The notes beneath the pieces were generated by a model. That model had not been told where the DNA came from and ran no database searches. It saw nothing but the letters and a program-made list of their open reading frames with translations. From Deltaproteobacteria bacterium (GTDB lineage Bacteria; Myxococcota_A; Polyangia; Polyangiales; Houyiibacteriaceae): a stretch of 64,000 nucleotides of DNA. A program made the translations under genes and the position numbers. Below, in pieces: positions 30,578 to 41,181 of the stretch. The stretch is from NCBI GenBank assembly GCA_034670305.1, contig JAXMNT010000019.1, positions 73,015 to 137,014 on the forward strand, written 5' to 3'. Numbering within the stretch: the stretch's first letter is position 1; each line of letters begins with the position of its first letter.

Positions 30578-31372
30578 CTACAGCGCGAGGCTGAGCTGCG
30601 CGGAAGCCGTGCCCTCGAGTACGAGTGGCCGGTCCTGCGCAGCGACCAGGATCTCGACATCCGGTCCGAGCGCCTCGCGCGCCACCCGCGCCGCTTTGGC
30701 GGGACTGTTCGCCTTCTGCGAGAGGTGCATCAACACGACCCGCTCGAGCGGACCATCCCGAAGCGCACTCAGGAGCGCGGCGGTCTGCTCGTTGGCCAGG
30801 TGCCCGCCCACCCCGGCGATGCGGTTGCGCACGAACGCCGGATACGGGGCCATCCGAAGCAACTCGAGGTCGTGGTTGCTCTCGAGCAACAGAGTGCGGC
30901 AGCGCGCCAAGTGTTTGGGGAGCGACTTCGGGATGCGGCCGAGGTCGGTCACGATGCCGACGCAGTCGTGCTGATCTCGGACCACCAGCGCCACTTGTGG
31001 GGCGTCGTGGGGGACCGGAGAGGAGTCGAACTTCAGCCCGCCGATCCGGAACCGGCTCTTGCGGGCGTAACTTCGGGTGGGCACGACGGCCGGGAGTTGG
31101 ATGCGCTTTTGGGTCTCCGGGGTGATCCAGACCCGCGCGCGGAGCACTTTCGAGACCCGCGCCGCGTGGCCTACGTGGTCTCCGTGCGCGTGGGTGAGCA
31201 CGATGCCATCGAGCGAATCGAGGGAGAGATGCAGCACGTCGCGTACCGTATTGCGGACCCGGCGGGCGCTCAGACCGGCGTCGACGAGCACCCGCGTTCC
31301 CCCGGACTCGAACAGCGTGGCATTGCCGCCACTTCCGCTGCCGACGATGGTGACCCTCACAACGGGTTGCAT
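30578..31372 (-). CDS. MBL-fold metallo-hydrolase (YycJ/WalJ-like)
   Basis: GSGSGGNA, THAHGDH, VPHDA, LESNHD, HLS. Confidence 0.9.
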   Translation of the reverse strand: MQPVVRVTIVGSGSGGNATLFESGGTRVLVDAGLSARRVRNTVRDVLHLSLDSLDGIVLTHAHGDHVGHAARVSKVLRARVWITPETQKRIQLPAVVPTRSYARKSRFRIGGLKFDSSPVPHDAPQVALVVRDQHDCVGIVTDLGRIPKSLPKHLARCRTLLLESNHDLELLRMAPYPAFVRNRIAGVGGHLANEQTAALLSALRDGPLERVVLMHLSQKANSPAKAARVAREALGPDVEILVAAQDRPLVLEGTASAQLSLAL

Positions 31373-31404
31373 AGCACGCCTCGCCTGCCCCAGACTCGCG
31401 TCAC

Positions 31405-32511
31405 GTGAGCGAAGAGACCACCCTGCCCCCCTACGACAGCATCTTGCTCGTCTCGTTCGGGGGTCCCGAGGCCCGCGAAGACGTCATGCCGTTCCTCGAG
31501 AACGTCGTGCGCGGCAAGCGCGTGCCGAAGGAGCGGCTGCTCGAGGTCGCCGAGCACTACCAGCTCTTCAACGGCAAGAGCCCGCTGAACGACTGCAACC
31601 GCGCGTTGCTGGACGCGCTGCGGGTCGAGCTGGACGCGAACGAGATCGAGCTGCCGCTCTACTGGGGCAACCGCAACTGGCACCCCCTGCTCGCCGACAC
31701 CCTGCGCGAGATGAAGGCGGCCGGCCGCAAACGGACCCTGGCGATCGTGACCTCGGCCTACAGCAGCTACTCAGGGTGCCGCCAGTATCGGGAGAACATT
31801 GAGGCAGCCCGGGCGGAAGTCGGCGACGGTGCCCCGGAGGTCGACAAGGTGCGCGTGTTCTACGACCACCCGCTCTTCATCGAGACCATGGTCGAGCGCG
31901 TGCAGCAAGCCCTGGCGATTTTGCCCGAGGGCGAGCGGGAGTCCGCGCGCATCGCGTTCACCGCGCATTCGATCCCAGTCGCCATGGCGGACCACTGCAA
32001 GTACGCGGAACAGCTGGAGGAGACCTGCCGGCTCGTCGCCGAACGCCTCGAGCGCAGCGACTGGCAGCTCGTCTACCAGAGCCGGAGTGGCCCGCCCTCG
32101 GTGCCTTGGCTCGGCCCGGACGTCGCGGAACATGCGCGCGCGCTCTCGGTGATCGGCGTCGAAAATTTGGTCGTGGTGCCGATCGGCTTCGTCGCAGACC
32201 ACATGGAGGTCGTGTTCGACCTCGACCGGGAGCTCGCCGAGATCTGCGACGAACACGACATCCAGCTCGTGCGCGCACGAACGGCCGGGACCCACCCGAA
32301 GTTCATCGAGATGCTCCGGGAGCTGGTTCAGGAGCGCCTCGGCCTCGTCGATCGGCGCCGCTCCCTCTCGAGCAGCGGACCCATGCCGGACGTGTGCGCC
32401 ACCGACTGCTGCCTCTACCCGATCCGCCGAAAGGGCGACTCGACCGAAAAGACGCTGACCCCGGACCTGCTCGAAGGCCACGACTCGGTGAAGGACACGC
32501 TGCCCGAATAG
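31405..32511 (+). CDS. hemH: Ferrochelatase
   Basis: LLVSFGGPE, YWGNRNWHP, FTAHSIP, YQSRSG, GFVADHME. Confidence 0.95.
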   Translation: MSEETTLPPYDSILLVSFGGPEAREDVMPFLENVVRGKRVPKERLLEVAEHYQLFNGKSPLNDCNRALLDALRVELDANEIELPLYWGNRNWHPLLADTLREMKAAGRKRTLAIVTSAYSSYSGCRQYRENIEAARAEVGDGAPEVDKVRVFYDHPLFIETMVERVQQALAILPEGERESARIAFTAHSIPVAMADHCKYAEQLEETCRLVAERLERSDWQLVYQSRSGPPSVPWLGPDVAEHARALSVIGVENLVVVPIGFVADHMEVVFDLDRELAEICDEHDIQLVRARTAGTHPKFIEMLRELVQERLGLVDRRRSLSSSGPMPDVCATDCCLYPIRRKGDSTEKTLTPDLLEGHDSVKDTLPE

Positions 32512-32767
32512 AGTTTCGCCGCGTCGACGTTCTGGGGGACGCGCTGCACACGTGCCCCACGTCAGGGCGTCGGCGGACGGTCGTACCAGGCCGCGCGGCT
32601 GAGCTGTCGCACCACGACCACGGTGCCGACGGCGTACTGCACGACAGCGCTCGGCAGCGCGAGGGGAAGCGAGAGCGTTCGTTGAACCATCTTCATGGAC
32701 AACACCCTCGCAGCCCAATGTTTCGAACCGATGTCGGTGCCGTGAAATCGACGCCACCGGGACGCGT

Positions 32768-34111
32768 TCAGATCCCGTACTGCTTTCGTTTGCGCCACAG
32801 GGTCGCGCGGCTGATCCCCAGCTGCTCGGCGGCCTGACCAAGGTGGCCGCCGCACGCGGCCAGCGTGGCCCGAATGGTCTGCTCTTCGCTCCGGGCTTTC
32901 GTGGGACGGACCGGCGCATCCGAGCGCAGCTCGGGCGGCAACTCACTGCGAAGGATCTCCGGACCGCGGCCGACCGCAAAGGCGTACTCGACCACGTTCC
33001 GCAGCTCCCGCACGTTCCCGGGCCAGCTGTGATCGAGCAGCGCCCGCATCGCTTCGGGGGCCACCGACTCCACGAGCCGCGGGCCGAGCCGATTGCGCTC
33101 GGCGATGAACCGCTCCGCGAGCGCCTCGACGTCGCCGCGTCGGTCGCGCAGCGGCGGCAAATAGATCGGCACCACGCGCAGTCGGTAGAGCAGGTCCTCG
33201 CGAAACCGCCCCGCCTGCACTTCGTCGCGCAGCGCCCGGTGCGTCGCGGCGATGAGCCGCACGTCGACTTGAATGGGATGGCTGCCGCCGACCGGCAACA
33301 CCTCCCGCTCTTCCAGCACGCGCAGGAGCTTGGCCTGCAAACCGATCGGCAGCTCGGCGACCTCGTCCAGAAAGAGCGTGCCGCCGTGCGCACGCACGAA
33401 GATGCCGTCGCGTTTCTGACTGGCACCGGTGAACGCCCCCTTCTCGTGCCCGAAGAGCTCGCTCTCCATCAACGTCGGGCTCAGCGACGCGCAGTTGATC
33501 GACACCATCGGACCGGCGGAGACCGGACTCTCGGCGTGAATCGCCCGCGCGATGAGCTCTTTGCCGGTGCCGCTCTCTCCGCGCACGAGCACCGTCGCGT
33601 GGGTGTCCGCCACGTTGCGACAGACTTGGAAGACGGCGTGCATGGCTTCGTCGACGCTCGTCAACTCGTGAAAGTGTTCGCCGCGCGGGGTGTAGTTCGG
33701 CGTCTGTGTGGTGTCGGGCACCAGCACCTCCACCCCGCCGAGGAACGCGCCCGCGTCGTCGAAGAACGCCCGTGCGGTTTTGCGGAGCCGCACCGGACGA
33801 CCGTCCGCGTGGTGCAACGTCAGCGCCGCGTCCTCGACGACGCCTCGCTCCGAGATGCCGCACCCGGACGCACAATGGCGGCAACGGTTGCCCGCCCCGC
33901 ACGGCTGACCGAGCACGTCGCCGGCCTTGAATCCGAGCAGCCGCTCCGCCCCATCGCTCCAAAAGAGGATCCGCCGGTCGGCGTCCACGACGAAGACGAC
34001 CGCGTCGGGCAGCAGCGAAGCGAGCGCCGCCACCGAAGCGCCTCCCCCGACCGAATCGACCCACCGGTCGAGGGGTTCGGTCGGCCGGAGCATGGGCAGC
34101 AGATGTTTCAT
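32768..34111 (-). CDS. Sigma-54-dependent activator (PAS-AAA+-HTH)
   Basis: GESGTGKE, GAFTGA, FLDEV, WPGNVREL, Fis-type HTH; Cys-containing PAS; start 34111 or 34093. Confidence 0.95.
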   Translation of the reverse strand: MKHLLPMLRPTEPLDRWVDSVGGGASVAALASLLPDAVVFVVDADRRILFWSDGAERLLGFKAGDVLGQPCGAGNRCRHCASGCGISERGVVEDAALTLHHADGRPVRLRKTARAFFDDAGAFLGGVEVLVPDTTQTPNYTPRGEHFHELTSVDEAMHAVFQVCRNVADTHATVLVRGESGTGKELIARAIHAESPVSAGPMVSINCASLSPTLMESELFGHEKGAFTGASQKRDGIFVRAHGGTLFLDEVAELPIGLQAKLLRVLEEREVLPVGGSHPIQVDVRLIAATHRALRDEVQAGRFREDLLYRLRVVPIYLPPLRDRRGDVEALAERFIAERNRLGPRLVESVAPEAMRALLDHSWPGNVRELRNVVEYAFAVGRGPEILRSELPPELRSDAPVRPTKARSEEQTIRATLAACGGHLGQAAEQLGISRATLWRKRKQYGI

Positions 34112-34153
34112 CAGCGTTTCATGTGTTTCATGAAGAATGTTTCAAATGAAACA
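34104..34153. promoter_or_regulatory. Putative upstream activator sites
   Basis: (T/C)GTTTCA at 34104, 34115, 34124 and 34138, and inverted TGAAACA at 34147. Confidence 0.6.
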
Positions 34154-34213
34154 TAGCAGGTGAACGACGCTTGTAAAACACGCACTTTCTCCGCATTTCG
34201 ATACTCGACTGGA

Positions 34214-34229
34214 TGGCACGGACATTGAA
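34214..34229 (+). promoter_or_regulatory. Putative sigma-54 promoter (TTGA variant at -12)
   Basis: TGGCACGGACATTGAA next to a divergent sigma-54 activator. Confidence 0.6.
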
Positions 34230-34241
34230 CTACGGAGCGGT

Positions 34242-35093
34242 ATGGATGCGACGTCGATCTTGCTGCTGGTGGCCCTGGGAGCGCTCTCGCTCGGGCTCAC
34301 CCTCGGCGTGCTCGGCGGTGGCGGCTCGGTGCTGGCGGTCCCGCTTCTGGTCTGGGTGGCAGGGTACGAGCCGCACGTGGCCATCGCGATGTCGCTCTTG
34401 ATCGTCGGCGCGACCAGCGCCTCGTGCACGGTGGCCCACCACCGCAGTGGCAACGTCGATGTGAAGACCGGCGTGCTCTTCGGTGCGTTCTCGATGGTCG
34501 GTGCCTACGCCGGTGGCAGCGCGGCCGGCGCGATCCCGGGCAACTGGCTGCTCGGTGCGTTCACGGTCGCGATGGTGGCCGCCGCGGTCGGCATGTTGCG
34601 TGGCCGCAAGCCGCTTCGCGAAGTGAAACCATCCAAGCTGCAGGCCGCCGCGCTCGGCGTCGCCCTTGGTGCATTCACCGGCCTCGTGGGTGCGGGCGGC
34701 GGGTTCCTCGCGGTGCCGCTGCTGACGCTCGTCCTCGGCATGCCCATGCGCAAAGCGATCGGCACCAGCTCCCTCGTGATCGCCATGAACGCCACTGCAG
34801 GCTTCATCGGCCAAGCGCAGCACACGTCGATCGACCTCGGGGTCGCGGTGGGGCTCGCGGTGGTCGCCACCGTCGGTGGTCTGGTCGGCGCCCGCATCGC
34901 CGCCCGCGCGCCGGTGCAGCTGTTGCGCAAAGGCTTCGCAGTGCTCGTCCTCTGCCTCGCGACCGCGCAGTTCGCGCAACTCGTCGGCCCGGACGCATTC
35001 GTCGACCACCCCTGGATCGTGGTCGCGACCGCAGCACTCCTCGCGTCCCTCGCCCTCGCCCGCGCCATCCGCCCCTCGACGTCCCCCAGCTGA
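34242..35093 (+). CDS. Sulfite exporter TauE/SafE family membrane protein
   Basis: [39 protein letters not shown]; multi-TM. Confidence 0.92.
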   Translation: MDATSILLLVALGALSLGLTLGVLGGGGSVLAVPLLVWVAGYEPHVAIAMSLLIVGATSASCTVAHHRSGNVDVKTGVLFGAFSMVGAYAGGSAAGAIPGNWLLGAFTVAMVAAAVGMLRGRKPLREVKPSKLQAAALGVALGAFTGLVGAGGGFLAVPLLTLVLGMPMRKAIGTSSLVIAMNATAGFIGQAQHTSIDLGVAVGLAVVATVGGLVGARIAARAPVQLLRKGFAVLVLCLATAQFAQLVGPDAFVDHPWIVVATAALLASLALARAIRPSTSPS

Positions 35094-35104
35094 TCCAGCG
35101 CTGA

Positions 35105-35315
35105 GGCATCGGCATCGGCGTCGGCATCGGCTTCGGTTTCGGCTTCGGCATCGGCATCGGTTTCGGCATCGGCTTCGGCATCGGCTTCGGCATCGGCTTC
35201 GGCTTCGGCATCGGCTCCGGCTTCGGCTCCGGCTTCGGCTCCGGCTTCGGATTCGCCTTCGGGGTCGGTCAGGATTCAGGGCAAGGGGCACGGGCAAGGG
35301 CACGGGCAAGGGGCA
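35105..35315. repeat. (TCGGCA/TCGGCT)n tract followed by a (GGGCAA/GGGCAC)n tract from 35279
   Basis: Read directly. Confidence 0.92.
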
Positions 35316-35367
35316 CATGCAGGGCGTGCGTCTTGTTGGCGTGCGGGTGCCGGAGTAAGGAAGCCGG

Positions 35368-36213
35368 GTGACTCTTCGATTGCTCTCGACCTGTGTCGTC
35401 TCCCTCTCGCTCGCCGCACTCGCGGGCGGCTGTCCGCGCAGCGGATGTCCCACGACCCCGCACACGGACCCCCACCGGCTCCTGGAGTCGCATCGGTCCC
35501 TCCACCGCACCATCACCGCGCTGCGGGGCGAAGCGCGGGTCGACCAGCGCGGCCAGGACGGCCGGATCCGCGGCACGATCTTGATGTACCTCCAACGTCC
35601 GGACCGGGTTCGGTTCGATGCGATGACCCAGCTCGGACCGGCCGCGGTGTTGACCAGCAACGGCGCCCGCTTCCAGCTCCTCGACATGCGCGAGAACCGC
35701 TTCGTCGAGGGACCCACCTGCCCGAGCAACATCGCGCGTCTGCTCGGCGTGCAGGTCGGCGGCGCGGAACTGACCCGGTTCCTCTTCGGCGACTCGCCAC
35801 GGCTCGAGACCGACGACGTCACCCTCGCGTGCGGCGAAGAAGGGTACCTGGTCACGCTCACGGCCGAAGACGGCCGCCACCAGGAGCTCGCGTATGCGGT
35901 GCGGGAGTACGATCTCACCGCGCCACCGGAAGCACAGCACGTCCGGCTGCGGCGCTCGGAGCTCTTCCGGGCGGACGGCACCACCGAGTGGCGCGCCACC
36001 TACGAAGACCACCACGTCCTGACCGATCCGCTGGACCCCGAGGGGCGGGGCGTCGCCATTCCGTTCCGAGTCCGGTTCGAGGACCCCGCGCGCGGCGCGG
36101 ACACCTTGGTGAAGATCAAGGAACTCGAGATCGTGACGACGGAACCTTCGCCCGAGGTCTTCGTGCAAACGGCGCCACCGGGGCTGACACCCGAAGAAGC
36201 CGTCTGCGAGTAG
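35368..36213 (+). CDS. Lipoprotein, LolA/LolB/DUF4292-like
   Basis: LAGGC lipobox; QRPDRVRFDAMTQLG. Confidence 0.75.
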   Translation: MTLRLLSTCVVSLSLAALAGGCPRSGCPTTPHTDPHRLLESHRSLHRTITALRGEARVDQRGQDGRIRGTILMYLQRPDRVRFDAMTQLGPAAVLTSNGARFQLLDMRENRFVEGPTCPSNIARLLGVQVGGAELTRFLFGDSPRLETDDVTLACGEEGYLVTLTAEDGRHQELAYAVREYDLTAPPEAQHVRLRRSELFRADGTTEWRATYEDHHVLTDPLDPEGRGVAIPFRVRFEDPARGADTLVKIKELEIVTTEPSPEVFVQTAPPGLTPEEAVCE

Positions 36214-36311
36214 AACCTTGGCCGATGGGCGCTCGGTCGAGGGGGGTCGATCGCCTGGCGTCGATGGCGGACCGGTTGCTTCCTCGGTCGGGCCAAGGGT
36301 AGAAGGGCTGC

Positions 36312-36857
36312 ATGACCTCCGCCCTCCGGACCCCGTTGTGTGTCGCCGTCGTCCTGCTCTTCGCGTGTGGGGGTGGCGGACTCTACGGATTCGCCCGGGA
36401 GTACAGCCCGCTGAGTGCCGAACGCGATCACATGGAGGGCTCGACCGAGATCTCCTACGAAGAGGTGCGTCGGGACCCGGTCGACTTCCAGAGCACCACC
36501 GTCGCGTGGTTCGGAGTGGTCACCGATCTGAGCATCGACGAAAGCGGCGCGGGCACCATCTCGATGACCTACCGGACGCTCGCCGCCCGCAACCTGTGCA
36601 GCGACGAGACCTCCGGCTCCTGTCGCGTCACGGTCTCCGAGCGCGAAGGCGGACCGTTCTCTGCCACCGTGCAACTGCGGCCCGAAGAACAAGCCGGCGA
36701 AGACCGCCTGTGGCGGGGATCGCTCGTGAAGATCTACGGGCACCCGAACGGTGAGTTCGACGAACAGGGCGGCCCCATCCTCGTGACCGACTGGCACCGC
36801 CACTGGCCGCGAGGCGCGTACGTGACCACCGGCGCCCGCGCTTCGATGCGCCGCTGA
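36312..36857 (+). CDS. Lipoprotein, Slp-like OB fold
   Basis: LFAC lipobox; YEEVRRDP..F.STTVAWFGVV. Confidence 0.7.
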   Translation: MTSALRTPLCVAVVLLFACGGGGLYGFAREYSPLSAERDHMEGSTEISYEEVRRDPVDFQSTTVAWFGVVTDLSIDESGAGTISMTYRTLAARNLCSDETSGSCRVTVSEREGGPFSATVQLRPEEQAGEDRLWRGSLVKIYGHPNGEFDEQGGPILVTDWHRHWPRGAYVTTGARASMRR

Positions 36858-36867
36858 TCGTCTCGCG

Positions 36868-37698
36868 ATGATCCTGGTCACCGGCACCAAACGCTCCGGG
36901 ACGTCCATGTGGATGCAGGTGCTGCGTGCGGCCGGGATCCCGGTCCTTGGCGAAGCGTTTCCGAGGGACTGGGAAGAGGTCCTCGGCGCCGCGAATCCGG
37001 GTGGCTTCTTCGAGTCGCACCTGCGCAGCGGGGTGAACTTCGAGACCAACCCCCACCCCCGTACCGGCGTCTACCTGCGACCGGACGAGACCCGCCTGAC
37101 CGCGGTGAAAGTGTTCGTGCCCGGGGTGCTCCGCAGCGACTTGGCATTCGTCCACAAAGTGCTCGCCTCCATCCGCAATTGGCGCGAATACCACGGCTCG
37201 ATCCTGCGGCTCTACGCGATGGAAGCCGAGGCCCGACACGGCGAAGGCCAAGAGCCGTTCCCGCACCTCACCCCGACCCTCGAGTGGTGGCGGGAGAACT
37301 TCGCGTTGATCGCCGACTTCGGCATGCGCCGCTACCCGATCCACATGACGGCGTACGAGTCGGTCGTCGCCACCCCCGAAGACGTGATCCCCGAGGCGCT
37401 CGGTTGGCTCGGAACCGGCGACGTCGAACAGGCGCTGGCGGCGGTCCGCCCGGAGCTCCGGACCCACGACGTCGACGCACTGGGCGACGTGCCGGACATC
37501 GACTCCGCGACCGCGGACGTGCTGGACGAACTCTACGCCCGGGTCCGGGACCGGCGCCCACTCGACGAAACATTCGTGCGGTGCCTCAACGAGACCAACA
37601 CCCGGCTCGCGCCGCGGATGGCAGAAGAGCTCAAGCGGGTGCGCGCCCGGCGCCAGGAAATCGTTCGCGAACGAATCGCGGACGCCAAGAGCGGGTGA
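36868..37698 (+). CDS. Sulfotransferase-like P-loop protein
   Basis: ILVTGTKRSGTS (5'-PSB loop), NPGGFFE, YESVV..P. Confidence 0.78.
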   Translation: MILVTGTKRSGTSMWMQVLRAAGIPVLGEAFPRDWEEVLGAANPGGFFESHLRSGVNFETNPHPRTGVYLRPDETRLTAVKVFVPGVLRSDLAFVHKVLASIRNWREYHGSILRLYAMEAEARHGEGQEPFPHLTPTLEWWRENFALIADFGMRRYPIHMTAYESVVATPEDVIPEALGWLGTGDVEQALAAVRPELRTHDVDALGDVPDIDSATADVLDELYARVRDRRPLDETFVRCLNETNTRLAPRMAEELKRVRARRQEIVRERIADAKSG

Positions 37699-37717
37699 GC
37701 GCTGGTACCCTGGGCGC

Positions 37718-38122
37718 ATGTTCGACGTGCTCAGTCGCAGCCACGTGCTGCCGGTTCTCTCGGTCGGAAGCCTCACGCTCGGGGGTGCGTGTGGGCAACC
37801 TGGGGAGCTGATTCAACCGGAGACACTCCAAGACAGCGCCGAGCTGGCCTGCGACTGGCTCTTCCAATGCTACGAGTCGGAGTCGATCATGCTCTTCATG
37901 AACGAAGAGAACTGCGTCGCGACCAACTTCCTCCCGATGCTCGAGTACCTCGTCGACTACTACAGCGCGCAGGGCGAGATGTGCGGCGAAGCGGCGCTCG
38001 AGTACTACATCTGCAAGGGCGCCATCTACTCGGTCCCGGACTGCGACAAGGACATCCGGCGCTGCGAGAGTTCGCGCGACCGGTTCGACATCTTCTGCAT
38101 CATGGACGACGAGCGCCCCTGA
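37718..38122 (+). CDS. Small Cys-rich hypothetical lipoprotein
   Basis: LGGAC lipobox; further Cys residues. Confidence 0.7.
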   Translation: MFDVLSRSHVLPVLSVGSLTLGGACGQPGELIQPETLQDSAELACDWLFQCYESESIMLFMNEENCVATNFLPMLEYLVDYYSAQGEMCGEAALEYYICKGAIYSVPDCDKDIRRCESSRDRFDIFCIMDDERP

Positions 38123-38163
38123 GCCGTGTCCGGTCGAGAGCGCTATCAAGCGCTGAAGACCGT

Positions 38164-38269
38164 CAAAGTGCGCAGCACTTTGCGCGAAGCGAAGTTGGGG
38201 AGGAGGCCGGAGGGGCTTTGCCCCGCAGGCCGGAGGGGGATGCGCCCATCCCCCTCGGACAACAAACGC
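38164..38269 (-). repeat. 78-bp dispersed repeat (copy B, 38192-38269) plus an adjacent hairpin
   Basis: Reverse complement of 23458-23535; CAAAGTGC-GCA-GCACTTTG at 38164; between convergent genes. Confidence 0.88.
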
Positions 38270-38281
38270 TTCGGCCGAACG

Positions 38282-39700
38282 TCAAGGAGCGTCCTCCAAG
38301 GTCGGCGGGTCCACCGGCGCCACGCGGTGGGCGACGTTGCCGCCCACCATCTCGTAGAGATACGAGATGTACCCCTGGTCCGCATCGGCGGCGTCCTTCG
38401 GCAGGTAGCAGGTCCGGAACCTCACGTCCGCGGGCGGACCAAAGAACGACGCCGCGACCGACAAGCGCGGTGGCTGCATCGGCGGCCCGGAAGCGAGGCG
38501 GCCGCCCTCGAGTCGAACGCACTCGATGCCCTCGGCCGAGCAGGCCAACACACATGTTCCGTCCGAGCTGACATCGACGCGGGTGGCTTCGTAGCGGAGT
38601 CGGTGCACGACCCGGCCGCCGACGCGCACATGCCAACCGTCGTCCGCTTCCACGACGCGCCCCGCCCCGTCCAGCCCGAACCCACGTTTGTGGGCGCCAG
38701 CGAAAGGCGGGTCCGCGGGCGCCATGGTCCATCCACCCGAACGCCACGGGGCAGGTCCATCGAAGGGCATGCTTGGACCCACCCATCGACCGTCTTCGAT
38801 GGCGTGGATCGGCCGCTCTCCAGTGAGGAGGCGCAGGTGGTTCCCGTCCGCCGAGAACTGATGGTGCTTCGCGTCCACGGTGCGGACGTCCAAGACGACG
38901 GTCACGTTCGCGTCCTCCTCTTCGAGTGCGGTGACCACCTTGAGGCCCTGCGTCCAGCTGACGCGCGCGAACGGACAGTCGACCGCGGGGCCGTCCTCCA
39001 GCCATTCCCCAAGGACCGGATCGAAGACGAAGAAGGTCTCGTGTTCTCGAAAGACCAACCGCCCGCCGCGCACGTACACGGGGGTGAGTGGCTGGGGGAG
39101 CGCCGCGACGTGGGTCGGTCCATCCTCAACGAGCGCGTACACGCCCATGCCCCACACGACGAAGACCTGCGCGCCCAGATGAAACGCCCCGGCGGGTGCC
39201 CCGCGGCCGACGAACCCGCCTTCGCTCGGTTGTCTGCGGTAGACCTGCTCTTCGTTCTCGTCCGCCTCCGACTGCGCGATCTGCTCCTCGAGCTCTTCGA
39301 GGTAGGCGCGCTCCCCGAGCGTGTCGGAGTAGCTTCCGTAGCCTCCGTACCCCCCGTCGTAGCCGCCGTCGTAGTAGTCGTCGTCGTCGAGCAGGTGATC
39401 GAAGAGGTCGCTCAGCGAGACCCGGGTGAGATCGGGATCGACCGCGCCGCCGGGCAGCGGCCCACTGCCGTCGTCGTCCTCCAGCCGATCCCGGAAGAGT
39501 TCGGTGGGCGGTTGATGAATCCAGTCGACGACATCGGTGCTCGGTTCCAGCGGCGCCAGGCCATGCACCAAGGCCCAGTCCTGCCAGACGAGGAACTCCC
39601 CGATCGCGAACGCGCCTCCGCCCTCGGTGCGCTCCTCTGCCAACGCGAACAACCACTCCACGAAAAAGTGATCCACCCGCCGCTCGAGCGTCGTCTCCAC
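38282..39700 (-). CDS. Hypothetical protein
   Basis: 472-aa frame with an acidic Gly/Tyr-rich segment and beta-rich C-terminus. Confidence 0.7.
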   Translation of the reverse strand: METTLERRVDHFFVEWLFALAEERTEGGGAFAIGEFLVWQDWALVHGLAPLEPSTDVVDWIHQPPTELFRDRLEDDDGSGPLPGGAVDPDLTRVSLSDLFDHLLDDDDYYDGGYDGGYGGYGSYSDTLGERAYLEELEEQIAQSEADENEEQVYRRQPSEGGFVGRGAPAGAFHLGAQVFVVWGMGVYALVEDGPTHVAALPQPLTPVYVRGGRLVFREHETFFVFDPVLGEWLEDGPAVDCPFARVSWTQGLKVVTALEEEDANVTVVLDVRTVDAKHHQFSADGNHLRLLTGERPIHAIEDGRWVGPSMPFDGPAPWRSGGWTMAPADPPFAGAHKRGFGLDGAGRVVEADDGWHVRVGGRVVHRLRYEATRVDVSSDGTCVLACSAEGIECVRLEGGRLASGPPMQPPRLSVAASFFGPPADVRFRTCYLPKDAADADQGYISYLYEMVGGNVAHRVAPVDPPTLEDAP

Positions 39701-39742
39701 CGGTTCGAGCGTATCTGATCCGGGCCGAATCGGCCTACGGGA

Positions 39743-40483
39743 TCACTTCGAGGGCCGCATGCGGAGCGCCCACTCGATGAGCATCATGCCGCCGACGTAG
39801 ACGACCAACACCATCGCGTGGCCGGCCAACAAGTGGGAGCTGCCGCCCACTGGGCAGTGGAGTTCCAAGACGACGTTGCCCGCGAGCCCGGCCGCACACG
39901 CCGCGTGCAACCGCCCAAGCGAATCGCCCCGGTCGAGCAGGCGAAGCAAGGCGTAGATGGGCAGCCCGAGGGCGAACCCGTAAGTCGCGCACGGTGTCGC
40001 GTGGGAGAGCAGACCGCCGGCCTCGCCGGGCCGCATCGCCACGTGATCGTGCACCCCCGGGATCAGCACCAGACCAAAGGTCGCGACCACGCATAGGATC
40101 GGGAACGCCCAACGGCGCCATCCTTCGAGCGCGGGCCGGTGAAGCGGCCGCAGCGCCATCGTGATCGAGCCGAGCACGAGTACGGCGAAGCTCCCGAGGT
40201 ACATCGCGAGCAGGTGGGGTGGGTAGTCGGCGAGGTCGGCGCGCGGTCCGGTCACGAGCGTCAGGCCGACGACCATGAGAAATCCGAGCACCCCGAGCAT
40301 GCGGCGGGTCGAACTCGCCTGCGACTTGAGCCGGAACGCCGGCTTCTTCTCCGCCGTGGCGATCTGTTTCGAGACCCCCGCGAAGAGGGCGTCCAGGTCG
40401 GCAACCCCCCCGTCTTGGGCGGTTCCGAGCAACGGCTCGAGGGAGTCCCGGTCGACGTCGTCGTTCAGGGAGGTGTCGGTCAT
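39743..40483 (-). CDS. Membrane anti-sigma factor (NrsF/DUF1109-like)
   Basis: Multi-TM; LELHCP...HLLAGH; ATGA-coupled to the ECF sigma gene. Confidence 0.8.
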   Translation of the reverse strand: MTDTSLNDDVDRDSLEPLLGTAQDGGVADLDALFAGVSKQIATAEKKPAFRLKSQASSTRRMLGVLGFLMVVGLTLVTGPRADLADYPPHLLAMYLGSFAVLVLGSITMALRPLHRPALEGWRRWAFPILCVVATFGLVLIPGVHDHVAMRPGEAGGLLSHATPCATYGFALGLPIYALLRLLDRGDSLGRLHAACAAGLAGNVVLELHCPVGGSSHLLAGHAMVLVVYVGGMMLIEWALRMRPSK

Positions 40484-41022
40484 TGCACGTCCCCTTCCAA
40501 CCACACTTTGAGTTTCGCGTACGCCCGATGGGCGCGGACGCGCACTGCGCCTTCGGTCGAGCCCACGATCTCCGCGATCTCGCGGTAGGGCCGCTCCTGA
40601 AACCAGTGCAGCTCGATCACTTCACGCTGCGAATCGGGCAGCCGCGCCAGGGCTGCTTGGACCAAGGTGGCCCGTTCCTGAAGTTCCATGCGCGAACGCT
40701 CCGCCACCGGCGCTTGCTGGAGGTCGACGTCCACGTCGACGTGTTTGCGGCGCTTCTTCTTGCGCCAATGCTCCCGCACGAGGTTCATGGCGATGGTCAG
40801 GAGCCAGGGCCGCAGCCGGGCACCGACCCGGAAGTCCCGGCGCGCCCCATGGAGCCGGAAGAAGGTGTGCTGGGTGATCTCCCGCGCCAGTTCCTCGTCC
40901 CGGAGGTGACGGCGCGTCATGCCGAAGATGATCGGGGCGTAGCGCTCGAAGAGGGCCCGAAACGCCGCGTCGTCTCCAGCCACGTACGCGGCCATCAGCT
41001 CTTCGTCGGTCGCATCCGCCAT
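40480..41022 (-). CDS. ECF RNA polymerase sigma factor
   Basis: DEELM...GDDAAF, WLLTIAMN, ALARLP..QREV, YREIAEI...VRVRAHRA. Confidence 0.93.
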   Translation of the reverse strand: MADATDEELMAAYVAGDDAAFRALFERYAPIIFGMTRRHLRDEELAREITQHTFFRLHGARRDFRVGARLRPWLLTIAMNLVREHWRKKKRRKHVDVDVDLQQAPVAERSRMELQERATLVQAALARLPDSQREVIELHWFQERPYREIAEIVGSTEGAVRVRAHRAYAKLKVWLEGDVQ

Positions 41023-41118
41023 CCGAGCGCAGGCTACCGCCTTTTGACGGATGAGCATCCATGGAAGCACCGACCACACACCTCCCCCTACGCGCTCTCC
41101 CCGATCCAGTTACAGGGG

Positions 41119-41148
41119 GCCGGTTTCGGCTTCGGCTTCGGCTTCCGC
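41119..41148. repeat. Short (TCGGCT)n tract between divergent genes
   Basis: Read directly. Confidence 0.8.
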
Positions 41149-41181
41149 GCCGCTCCTCAAAACCAAGTATGCTGCCGCCCC

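Noticed and set aside
32562-32696. Possible 44-aa minus-strand ORF (MKMVQRTLS...)
   Set aside because: No recognisable motif; cannot be distinguished from chance
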